Source of the DNA: Propionibacterium freudenreichii subsp. freudenreichii | GTDB lineage: Bacteria; Actinomycetota; Actinomycetes; Propionibacteriales; Propionibacteriaceae | Reading direction: 5' to 3' | Assembly: GCF_000940845.1 (NCBI RefSeq) | Contig: NZ_CP010341.1 | Coordinates: 570,001-602,000, forward strand | Length of the DNA: 32,000 nucleotides | Part shown: in pieces, positions 8,966 to 17,138 of the stretch | Position numbering within the stretch: the first letter of the stretch is position 1 | How the letters are laid out: the number at the start of each line of letters is the position of its first letter | Position numbers and translations under genes: made by a program | The notes under the pieces: generated by a model | What the model was told of the DNA's origin: nothing | Seen by the model: only the letters and a program-made list of their open reading frames with translations | Database searches by the model: none

Positions 8966-10205
8966 TCAGTCGCCGGCGAGGAATTGTCGCATCAGGGCGA
9001 ACTTCATCTCGGTGGACACCAGCTTGTTGTGGGGCGCCGTATCGGGATCCACCGACGCCGAGGCGTACAGCGTGACGCCCTTCCAGTCGGGGCTCAGCTG
9101 CGCGGCGCGCAGGGCGACGAACCAGTCGCCATCACCCTGGGCATCGATCCAGCCCACGGGGGCGCAGAAGCGTCCCCGGTCGAAGCCGCTGTTCGCCAGG
9201 ATCGTGCGTGCCTGGTCGGTGGGGAACCCGGTCACCGACGACAGCGGATGCACCGCGGCAGCCAGGGCGAGCGTCGAGAAGGTGCCCTCGGTGACGCCAC
9301 AGATGTCGGTCACCAGGTGGAGCATGTCGGGCAGCGCCAGCACGAAGGGCGCCTCCGGAACGTGGATGCCACTCATATGGGCCCCCAGCGCCGTGGCGGC
9401 GGATTCCACCGACAGTCGGTGCTGGTGCATGCGCTGCTGGGAGGAGAGCAGCCGGGCGATCTCGGCGGGCTCGTCCACGTTGTCGAGGCGCTGGGTGGTG
9501 CCGGCCAGAATGCGCGAGGTGGTCAGGCCACCGCGTCGGTGCACGAGGATCTCGGGGGTGGCGCCCACCAGCCCGTCCACCAGGTAGCAGGTGGAGCCAC
9601 CGTAGTTGCGACGCCATTGGTGCAGCAGCCACGCGGGACAGATCTTCTGCTCGGCGATCGCATGCAGGTCGCGGGCCAACACCACGCCCTCGGCGCCACT
9701 GGCGCGCAGCGCGGCGCTGGTGCGGGCAATGAGCGCCAGCCAGTCCGCACCAGAGATCTGGCCGTCCTCGAAGAACAGTTCGGCGGGCGGTTGGGGAGCG
9801 GGCTGTACCTCGGGCATCTGCGGGTTCACCCGGTCGTAGCCCAGTTGGGTGAGCCAGCTCACCCCGTCACGCCGTCCGATAATCGTCTCGGGCACGATGA
9901 ATGCGGAGGCCGCTGCGGTGTGCTCGGGGTCAAAGGTGAAGGTGCCGTAGGCCAGGGGGCCGGTGCCCACCAGGCCGGGCATCTCGGATTCCTTCTCGAT
10001 GTCGGCAGCCAGTTGGGTCCACCACTGGTCGGCCTCACTCATGGTGGCGCCGTCGAGCCGGGCCACTTCCCCCCATCGCGACGAAACCGTCTTCGCCGCG
10101 CAGGAACGCGGCGCCGTGGCCGTCCACATATTGTGTGAGCGCGCCCGGGTCATCGATGGCGATGGTGCTCGCGTGCAGTCGCGACGATCCCGGATTGATG
10201 ATCAC
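8966..10205 (-). CDS. menF: isochorismate synthase, apparently frameshifted at a G6 run (plus-strand C6 at 10069-10074)
   Basis: The main ORF 8966..10153 has the chorismate-binding core (GATPEILV, SRILAGT, VHPLSSVTGFP, GWIDAQGDGDWFVALR). The N-terminal approximately 44 codons (VIINPGSSRLHASTIAIDDPGALTQYVDGHGAAFLRGEDGFVAMG) lie in the adjacent frame from GTG 10205. They join the main ORF if one G is dropped. Confidence 0.8.
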
Positions 10206-10538
10206 CCCACGAGGCTAACCGACAGTTCCCGCGGATGGGACCCGCGGGTCACCCAAGTACTCCCGTGGTCGCACCCCGCCGCGGGCGTCCGTGTGCTGGC
10301 ACGTGCACGATCGTGCTTTTCGCTCTCCGCGTGATGGAACGAATTGCATCCCACCGTGCATGGATAACCCCTGACCGCAGCCAGCCTGTGTTTTCGGGAC
10401 TGGATCGGTCCGATTTTGTCTCAGATGGCTGCCGGCCGACTGGCAACCCCCCCCATCTCACCCTTACACTGAGCGAGGCGAGGTCCTTGGGCCACAGCCC
10501 CCGGGAGTCCAGAGTCGGTTCCCGGGATCGGTGTTCGG

Positions 10539-11882
10539 ATGGAGAGCTTCATGGTGCACGGCGAAGTGCAGATGGGTGACGCCCCGGCACTGGCCTCGGC
10601 CCAGCTGTCCACGGCCGACCAGGACTCGTTCGCCACCGAAGCGGACGTCATTGTGGTGGGTGCCGGCCCCGGAGGCTCGGCCACCGCCGCGTTCTGTGCC
10701 ATGCGCGGGCTCAGCGTCCTGCTGTTGGAGAAGTCGCAGTTCCCGCGCGAGAAGGTCTGCGGCGACGGGCTCACGCCACGCGCCGTGCGCATGCTGACGC
10801 GGCTGGGCATCGATTCCACCGAGACGGCCGGGTGGGCGCGCAACAAGGGACTGCGGGTCTACGGCGGGCGTACCGAGCCCTTCGAGCTTCCCTGGCCGGA
10901 ACTGGCCGATTTCCCCGACTACGGGCTCGTGTGCCCGCGGTCGCGCTTCGATGATGTGCTGGCGGGCCACGCGATGAAGCTGGGCGTCACGCTGCACACC
11001 GGCGTCAATGTCACCGAGCCGATCACCGCCGACGATCGCATCGTCGGGGTGCGCGACAATCAGGGACGCGAGTTCCGCGCCCCGATCGTGGTGGCCGCTG
11101 ACGGTAATTCCACGCGCCTGGCCGTCGCCATGGGGCGCCAGCGCGACGAGGCCCGCCCGATGGGCGTGGCGGTGCGCACCTACTTCGAGAGCCCCCGGGC
11201 GCAGGGCGAGTGGATGGAGAGCTGGCTGGAGCTGTGGGACGGGCGTCCCGGCGAATCCAACCAACTGCCCGGCTATGGCTGGGCCTTCCCGATGGCCGAT
11301 GGCACCGTCAACGTCGGGCTCGGCATGCTGAACTCCTCGTCGGCGTTCGGGCACACCGACTACCGCGCACTGATGCGCACTTGGTTGGCCACCACCCCAC
11401 CCGAATGGCAGTTCGACGAGGCCCACCAGCGCGGCGAGATCCGCGGGGCGGCGCTGCCGATGGCCTTCAACCGCAAGCCCGCCTACGCCGACGGACTGCT
11501 GCTCGTGGGCGATTCCGGCGGCATGGTCAATCCGTTCAACGGCGAGGGCATCAGCTATGCCATGGAGGCCGGGGAGCTTGCGGCTGATGCGATCAGCGAG
11601 GCCCATTCCCGCGGCGTCGGCACGCCCGGCGCCGAGCGTGCACTGCACGCCTACCCCACGGCGTTGTCATCACGTTTCGGTGGCTATTACCGCCTGGGCA
11701 CCATTTTCGTGAAACTCATCGGCAATCCGCAGATCATGCACCTGTGCACCACCTACGGCCTGCCCCATCGTTCGCTCATGAAGTTGGTCAACAAGTTGTT
11801 GGCCAATCTCACCGATGAGCACCGCGGTGATGCGATGGATCACCTGATCAACACTTTGAGTAGGCTGGCGCCGCCCGCGTAA
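10539..11882 (+). CDS. geranylgeranyl reductase family FAD-dependent oxidoreductase (MenJ-like menaquinone side-chain reductase)
   Basis: FAD-binding DVIVVGAGPGGSATA, then LLLEKSQFPREKVCGDGLTPRA and GDSGGMVNPFNGEGISYAME. The alternative start ATG 10551 follows GGAGAG. Confidence 0.9.
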   Translation: MESFMVHGEVQMGDAPALASAQLSTADQDSFATEADVIVVGAGPGGSATAAFCAMRGLSVLLLEKSQFPREKVCGDGLTPRAVRMLTRLGIDSTETAGWARNKGLRVYGGRTEPFELPWPELADFPDYGLVCPRSRFDDVLAGHAMKLGVTLHTGVNVTEPITADDRIVGVRDNQGREFRAPIVVAADGNSTRLAVAMGRQRDEARPMGVAVRTYFESPRAQGEWMESWLELWDGRPGESNQLPGYGWAFPMADGTVNVGLGMLNSSSAFGHTDYRALMRTWLATTPPEWQFDEAHQRGEIRGAALPMAFNRKPAYADGLLLVGDSGGMVNPFNGEGISYAMEAGELAADAISEAHSRGVGTPGAERALHAYPTALSSRFGGYYRLGTIFVKLIGNPQIMHLCTTYGLPHRSLMKLVNKLLANLTDEHRGDAMDHLINTLSRLAPPA

Positions 11883-11938
11883 CGGCGCACCTGGATCGGT
11901 TGGACAATGACGTACTTCGACGGAAGGATCGAGCGGAA

Positions 11939-12304
11939 ATGAACGCATATATTCCGGTTATCGGGCTGGTGGCACTGGCCACCCTGTTCGTGGTCATTGC
12001 GGCCATCGTGCTGTCCCCGCTCATCGGTCCCCATCGCTACAACCGCACGAAGTACGACTCCTTCGAGTGCGGTATCCAGCCCACGCCGCAGACGCTGACC
12101 GGCGGCGGGCGCTTCTCTGTCAAGTATTACGTGACGGCGATGCTCTTCATCATCTTCGATATTGAGATCGTCTTCCTCTATCCCTGGGCGGTCGCCTTTG
12201 ACCACCTGGGCAGCTTCGGAGTGATCGAAATGATCACGTTCATCATTGTCGTCTTCGTCGCATACACCTATGTATTGCGCCGCGGCGGATTGAACTGGGA
12301 CTGA
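11939..12304 (+). CDS. nuoA: NADH-quinone oxidoreductase subunit A
   Basis: 121 aa from ATG 11939, with GGAAGGA upstream. The track ORF begins at the in-frame TTG 11900. The product has 3 TM helices and the YDSFECGIQP motif of ND3/NuoA. Confidence 0.93.
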   Translation: MNAYIPVIGLVALATLFVVIAAIVLSPLIGPHRYNRTKYDSFECGIQPTPQTLTGGGRFSVKYYVTAMLFIIFDIEIVFLYPWAVAFDHLGSFGVIEMITFIIVVFVAYTYVLRRGGLNWD

Positions 12305-12322
12305 AAGGCTGGGTGAACAGAT

Positions 12323-12880
12323 ATGGGCATCGAAGAGAAGCTTCCGGCCGGAATCTTTCTGACCACGGTTGAGCAGGTGCAGGGCTGGATGCGCCAGGCA
12401 TCTTTCTGGCCACTCACCATGGGTCTGGCCTGCTGCGCCATCGAAATGATCAGCTACGGCGGCCCGCGTGCCGACTGCTCGCGTTGGGGCCAGGAGATCT
12501 TCCGCGCCTCACCGCGTCAGGCCGACCTCATGATCGTCGCCGGCCGCGTGGGCCAGAAGCTGGCGCCGGTCGTGCGCCAGCTGTGGGACCAGATGCCGAA
12601 CCCCAAGTGGTGCATCGCCATGGGTGCATGTGCCAGCTCGGGCGGCGTGTTCAACAACTACGCCGTGGTGCAGGGCGTCGACCACATCGTGCCGGTCGAC
12701 ATGTACCTGCCCGGTTGCCCGCCGCGGCCCGACATGCTCATTGATGCCGTCTTCAAGCTGAAGAAGGGCAAGGTGCAGCACACCACGATGGGCGCCCACC
12801 GCGTGCAGGAGGTTGCCGAGCTGGAGCAGAAGGCCCTGGCAGCGCCCGCCACCATCGAGCAGAAGGGGCTCATGCGATGA
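12323..12880 (+). CDS. nuoB: NADH-quinone oxidoreductase subunit B
   Basis: N2-cluster cysteines are present in [18 protein letters not shown] and LPGCPPRP. Confidence 0.97.
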   Translation: MGIEEKLPAGIFLTTVEQVQGWMRQASFWPLTMGLACCAIEMISYGGPRADCSRWGQEIFRASPRQADLMIVAGRVGQKLAPVVRQLWDQMPNPKWCIAMGACASSGGVFNNYAVVQGVDHIVPVDMYLPGCPPRPDMLIDAVFKLKKGKVQHTTMGAHRVQEVAELEQKALAAPATIEQKGLMR

Positions 12881-13644
12881 GCGAGCAGAACCTTCCCGAC
12901 AAGGATGAGGCAGCCGGCCGCGCAATGCGGGCTGCCGATGACACCCACAAGCACCTCGCCCAGCTGTTCTCGCCCAAGGCGACCGACGCCGGCCAGGAAG
13001 TCATCTCCCGCGTGCAGGGCATGTGGGGATCGGGCAAGCCCGGCGAGTCGGGGGACACCTCCGGCTTCGAGGGCATGCGCCGGGTCATCTCACTGACCGG
13101 CAGCACCGAGCCGCCCTTCGGCGGCTGGTTCGATGACGTCGCCGACCGGATGGCCGAGCTCGTCCCCGGATTCGCCACCCGCGTGATGGTGCACCGCGGC
13201 GAGATCACCTTCTTCGTCGACCGCGACAAGCTCCTGGAGCTGGCCAAGCACCTGCGTGACGACGAGGCCCTGCGCTTCGAGATCTGCGTGTCGGTGTCCG
13301 GTGTGCACTATCCCGAGCAGACCGGCCACGAGCTGCACGCCGTGTTCCACCTGCTCTCCATGACCTACAACCGCAGGATCCGCCTGGAGGTGGAGGTCTC
13401 CGAGGACGATCCGCACCTGCCGAGCCTGGTGCCGGTCTACCCGATGGCCAACTTCCATGAGCGCGAGACCTGGGACATGTTCGGCATCATCTTCGACGGA
13501 CATCCCGCCCTCACCCGCATCCTGATGCCCGACGACTGGGTCGGCCATCCGCAGCGCAAGGACTACCCGCTGGGTGGCATCCCGGTGGAATTCAAGGGAG
13601 CCGTCGTGCCCCCGGCTGACGATCGCAGGAGCTACAACCGATGA
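12877..13644 (+). CDS. nuoC: NADH-quinone oxidoreductase subunit C
   Basis: ATGA overlap with nuoB. It has the 30-kDa subunit motif [18 protein letters not shown] and an N-terminal extension like those of other actinobacterial NuoC proteins. Confidence 0.96.
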   Translation: MSEQNLPDKDEAAGRAMRAADDTHKHLAQLFSPKATDAGQEVISRVQGMWGSGKPGESGDTSGFEGMRRVISLTGSTEPPFGGWFDDVADRMAELVPGFATRVMVHRGEITFFVDRDKLLELAKHLRDDEALRFEICVSVSGVHYPEQTGHELHAVFHLLSMTYNRRIRLEVEVSEDDPHLPSLVPVYPMANFHERETWDMFGIIFDGHPALTRILMPDDWVGHPQRKDYPLGGIPVEFKGAVVPPADDRRSYNR

Positions 13645-15014
13645 GCGAGCAGTACTCAGACGCGTCGCGGGCCGCTACCGACGACGACGATATCTTCGCG
13701 GGCCCCGGCGACGAGAAGGGCGATCACGCCTACCTCGCCAATGGTGGCGACTGGGACCAGGTGGTCGAGGCGCAGCGCGAGCGCTCCGACGAGACCATCG
13801 TGATCAATGTCGGACCGCAGCACCCCTCCACGCACGGCGTGATGCGCCTGGTGATGGAGATGGACGGCGAGACCATCATCTCGCTGCGCCCCAGCATCGG
13901 CTTCCTGCACACCGGCATCGAGAAGTCGGCCGAGTACCGCAGCTGGTCGCAGGGTTCGGTGTTCTTCACCCGCTGCAACTACGTGGCGGGCATCTTCAAC
14001 GAGGCCGCCTATTCGCTGGCCGTCGACAAGCTGCTGGGCATCACCGACAAGATGCCGCGTCGTGGCAACCAGCTGCGCGTGATGGCCATGGAGGCCAACC
14101 GCATCGCCTCCCACATCACCGCGGTCGGTGCCACCGGCCTCGACCTGGGTGCCACCTCGGTGCAGGAGGTTGCGCTGAGGGAGCGCGAGCGCACGCTCGA
14201 CTTCCTCGAAGCCGTCACCGGCCTGCGCATGAACAACGCCTACATCCGTCCCGGTGGCGTCGAGAACGACCTCCCCGAGGACGGGCTGGACCTGCTCGAC
14301 GAGCTGATCCGCCAGCTGCGCAAGAACGTTCCCGAGATCGGCCAGTACACGCTGACCAACCCGATCTTCGTGCGCCGCAACAAGGGCGTGGCCCATATGA
14401 GCCTCGCCTCTGCGGTGATGATGGGCGCCTCGGGTCCGGTGCTGCGTTCGGCCGGTTACCCCTGGGACCTGCGCAAGATGGAGCCCTACTGCGGCTACGA
14501 GAACTACGACTTCGAGGTGTGCACCGCCGATTCGTTCGATTCCTACGGACGCTTCGTCATCCGCCTCAACGAGATCGAGCAGTCGCTGCGCATCCTCGAA
14601 CAGGTGCGCGACGAGCTGGCCGAGAGCAAGGGTGAGCCGTACCGCATCGAGGACGCCGACCTGTCGTGGCCGAGCGACCTGACCGTCGCCTCCGATGGCC
14701 AGGGCAACTCCAACGAGCACGTGAAGCACATCATGGGCGAGTCGATGGAGGGCCTGATCCACCACTTCAAGATCGTCAGCCAGGGCTTCCACGTGCCGGC
14801 CGGCGAGGTCTACATGGCCGTCGAGGCCCCCGCCGGCGAGCTCGGCATGCACCTGGTCTCCGACGGTGGCACCCGCCCGTACCGCGCCCACCTGCGCGAT
14901 CCCGGGTTCAACCACGTGCAGTCGCTGCCGCTGCTGTGTGAGGGCGGCATGCTCTCCGATGCGGTGATGGCCATCTCGTCGATCGACCCCGTGATGGGTG
15001 GCGTGGACCGATGA
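13641..15014 (+). CDS. nuoD: NADH-quinone oxidoreductase subunit D
   Basis: ATGA overlap with nuoC. 49-kDa subunit motifs: [23 protein letters not shown] and C-terminal [11 protein letters not shown]. Confidence 0.97.
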   Translation: MSEQYSDASRAATDDDDIFAGPGDEKGDHAYLANGGDWDQVVEAQRERSDETIVINVGPQHPSTHGVMRLVMEMDGETIISLRPSIGFLHTGIEKSAEYRSWSQGSVFFTRCNYVAGIFNEAAYSLAVDKLLGITDKMPRRGNQLRVMAMEANRIASHITAVGATGLDLGATSVQEVALRERERTLDFLEAVTGLRMNNAYIRPGGVENDLPEDGLDLLDELIRQLRKNVPEIGQYTLTNPIFVRRNKGVAHMSLASAVMMGASGPVLRSAGYPWDLRKMEPYCGYENYDFEVCTADSFDSYGRFVIRLNEIEQSLRILEQVRDELAESKGEPYRIEDADLSWPSDLTVASDGQGNSNEHVKHIMGESMEGLIHHFKIVSQGFHVPAGEVYMAVEAPAGELGMHLVSDGGTRPYRAHLRDPGFNHVQSLPLLCEGGMLSDAVMAISSIDPVMGGVDR

Positions 15015-15069
15015 AGCCCATGCGCTCTGATTTCGTCATTTGTTCGTCCTTGACAAGGAGCTTTAGCCG

Positions 15070-15801
15070 ATGAGCGGTCACGAGTTCGTCTCGGCCTTCG
15101 ACGACGCCGACGGCATCGATGCCGTCGACCAGTCGACGAATATCACCGAAGAGACCATGGCGGAGATGCGAGCCATCGCCGCCCGCTATCCCGATGCGCG
15201 GTCCGCGCTGATGCCGATGCTGCACCTGGTGCAGTCGGTTGACGGCCGGGTCAGCGACGCCGGGATGCGCGCGGTGGCCGAGATCGCCGGCGTCAACACC
15301 GCCCAGGTCAACGGCGTGGCCACCTTCTACACGATGTACAAGCGTCGTCCGGCCGGACACCAGCACATCGGCGTGTGCACCACGGCGCTGTGTGCGGTGA
15401 TGGGTGGCGACATCCTGTTGAGCCATGTGGAGAAGAAGCTGGGCATCCACGAGGGGGAGACCACCCCCGACGGGAAGTTCAGCCTCGAGCGCCTCGAGTG
15501 CAATGCGGGCTGCGACTTCGCGCCCGTGATGATGGTCAATTGGGAATACATGGACAATATGACCCCCGCCAAGGCCGACGAGCTGCTCGACAAGCTCGCT
15601 GCCGGCGAGACGGTCAAGTCCACCCGCGGCGCCACCATCACCGACTGGCGCAGCGCCGAGCGCGTGCTCGCCGGATTCGACGACGGACGGGCCGATGAGG
15701 GCCCCAGCGCCGGCGAATCCTCGGTGCGCGGGCTCAAGATCGCTGAAGCGAACAACTGGCAGGCCCCCGGCCAGCCGGGTGCGAAGGAGGTTGGGAAGTG
15801 A
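15070..15801 (+). CDS. nuoE: NADH-quinone oxidoreductase subunit E
   Basis: AAGGAG lies 10 nt upstream. The 24-kDa subunit 2Fe-2S cysteines are in GVCTTALC and ECNAGCDFAP. Confidence 0.96.
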   Translation: MSGHEFVSAFDDADGIDAVDQSTNITEETMAEMRAIAARYPDARSALMPMLHLVQSVDGRVSDAGMRAVAEIAGVNTAQVNGVATFYTMYKRRPAGHQHIGVCTTALCAVMGGDILLSHVEKKLGIHEGETTPDGKFSLERLECNAGCDFAPVMMVNWEYMDNMTPAKADELLDKLAAGETVKSTRGATITDWRSAERVLAGFDDGRADEGPSAGESSVRGLKIAEANNWQAPGQPGAKEVGK

Positions 15802-17138
15802 CAGACACACTGACCCCGATTCTCACGAAGGATTGGGATACCCCGGACTCGTGGAAGCTGGACACCTATGTGCGCGGCGGCGGATATGACGCCGCCCGCA
15901 AGGCCCTGACCACCATGAAGTCCCCCGAGGTCATCGACTTGGTGAAGGCCTCCGGCCTGCGGGGCCGTGGTGGCGCAGGCTTCCCCACCGGCATGAAGTG
16001 GTCCTTCATCCCGCAGGACAACCCGAAGCCCAAGTACCTCGTGGTCAACTGCGACGAGTCGGAGCCCGGCACCTGCAAGGACATGCCGATGCTCATCGCC
16101 ACGCCGCATACGCTGCTGGAGGGCATCATCATCGCCTGCTACGCGGTGAACGCCCACCATGCGTTCATCTTCTGCCGCGGCGAGGTGCTGCACGCGATCC
16201 GCCGGCTGAGCCAGGCGGTGCGCGAGGCCTACGACAAGGGCTATCTCGGCAAGGACCTGTTCGGCACCGGATACGACCTCGACATCGTGGTGCATTCGGG
16301 TGCCGGCGCCTACATCTGTGGCGAGGAGACCGCACTGCTCTCCGCGCTGGAGGGCCACCGTGGCCAGCCGCGCCTGCGTCCCCCGTTCCCCGCGGTCGAG
16401 GGCCTGTACGCCTGCCCCACCGTGGTCAACAACGCCGAGTCGATCGCCTCGGTGCCGGCCATCGTGCGCAACGGCGCCGAGTGGTACCAGTCGATGGGCA
16501 CCGAGAAGTCCAAGGGCGCCACGATCTACTCCCTGTCGGGACATGTGAAGCGTCCCGGGCAGTTCGAGGCGCCGCTGGGCATCACCTTCCGCCAGATCCT
16601 GGAACTCGGTGGTGGCGTGCGCGACGGCCACCAGCTGAAGTTCTTCACCCCCGGTGGCTCGTCCACGCCGATGTTCACCCCCGAGCAGCTCGATGTGCCG
16701 CTCGACTACGAGGGCGTCTCGGCAGCCGGTTCGATCCTGGGCACCAAGGCCCTGCAGGTGTTCGACGAGACCACCTCGGTGGTGCGCACCACGCTGCGGT
16801 GGACCGAGTTCTACAAGCACGAGAGCTGCGGCAAGTGCACGCCCTGTCGTGAGGGCAGCTGGTGGCTTGTCCAGACCTTGCGCAACCTCGAGGCCGGCAA
16901 GGGCCAGGAGGGTGACGTCGACAAGCTTCTCGACGTCTGCGACAACGTGTCGATGAAGAGCTTCTGCACGCTGGCCGACGGCTTCGTCGCCTGCATCACC
17001 AGCGCCATCAAGCACTTCCGCTCCGAGTTCGAGGCCGGCTATCACACGCCGGCCTGGGAATTGTTCCCCTACGAGAAGAGCGCCCTGTTCGCCGACCCCG
17101 ACCGCGAGTCGATCACCATGACGGGAGCCACGGCATGA
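15798..17138 (+). CDS. nuoF: NADH-quinone oxidoreductase subunit F
   Basis: GTG start overlapping the nuoE stop (GTGA), with AAGGAGG upstream. Motifs: GLRGRGGAGFPTGMKW (FMN/NADH site) and ESCGKCTPCREG (N3 cluster). Confidence 0.97.
   Translation: MTDTLTPILTKDWDTPDSWKLDTYVRGGGYDAARKALTTMKSPEVIDLVKASGLRGRGGAGFPTGMKWSFIPQDNPKPKYLVVNCDESEPGTCKDMPMLIATPHTLLEGIIIACYAVNAHHAFIFCRGEVLHAIRRLSQAVREAYDKGYLGKDLFGTGYDLDIVVHSGAGAYICGEETALLSALEGHRGQPRLRPPFPAVEGLYACPTVVNNAESIASVPAIVRNGAEWYQSMGTEKSKGATIYSLSGHVKRPGQFEAPLGITFRQILELGGGVRDGHQLKFFTPGGSSTPMFTPEQLDVPLDYEGVSAAGSILGTKALQVFDETTSVVRTTLRWTEFYKHESCGKCTPCREGSWWLVQTLRNLEAGKGQEGDVDKLLDVCDNVSMKSFCTLADGFVACITSAIKHFRSEFEAGYHTPAWELFPYEKSALFADPDRESITMTGATA

Noticed and set aside
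10441-10460. The C8-containing segment considered as a 6C-type actinobacterial small RNA.
   Set aside because: I could not find the two C-rich-loop stem-loops that define that RNA family around the tract. Only one C-run is present.
10235-10579. 114-aa plus-strand ORF filling the menF/reductase spacer.
   Set aside because: By hand count, third-position GC is about 60%, well below real genes here. There are no motifs, and it overlaps the reductase start out of frame.
15050-15055. A perfect TTGACA in the nuoD-nuoE spacer as an internal -35 promoter element.
   Set aside because: It lies only 14 nt upstream of the nuoE ATG and overlaps the SD region. There is no suitably spaced -10 element, so a functional promoter is unlikely.
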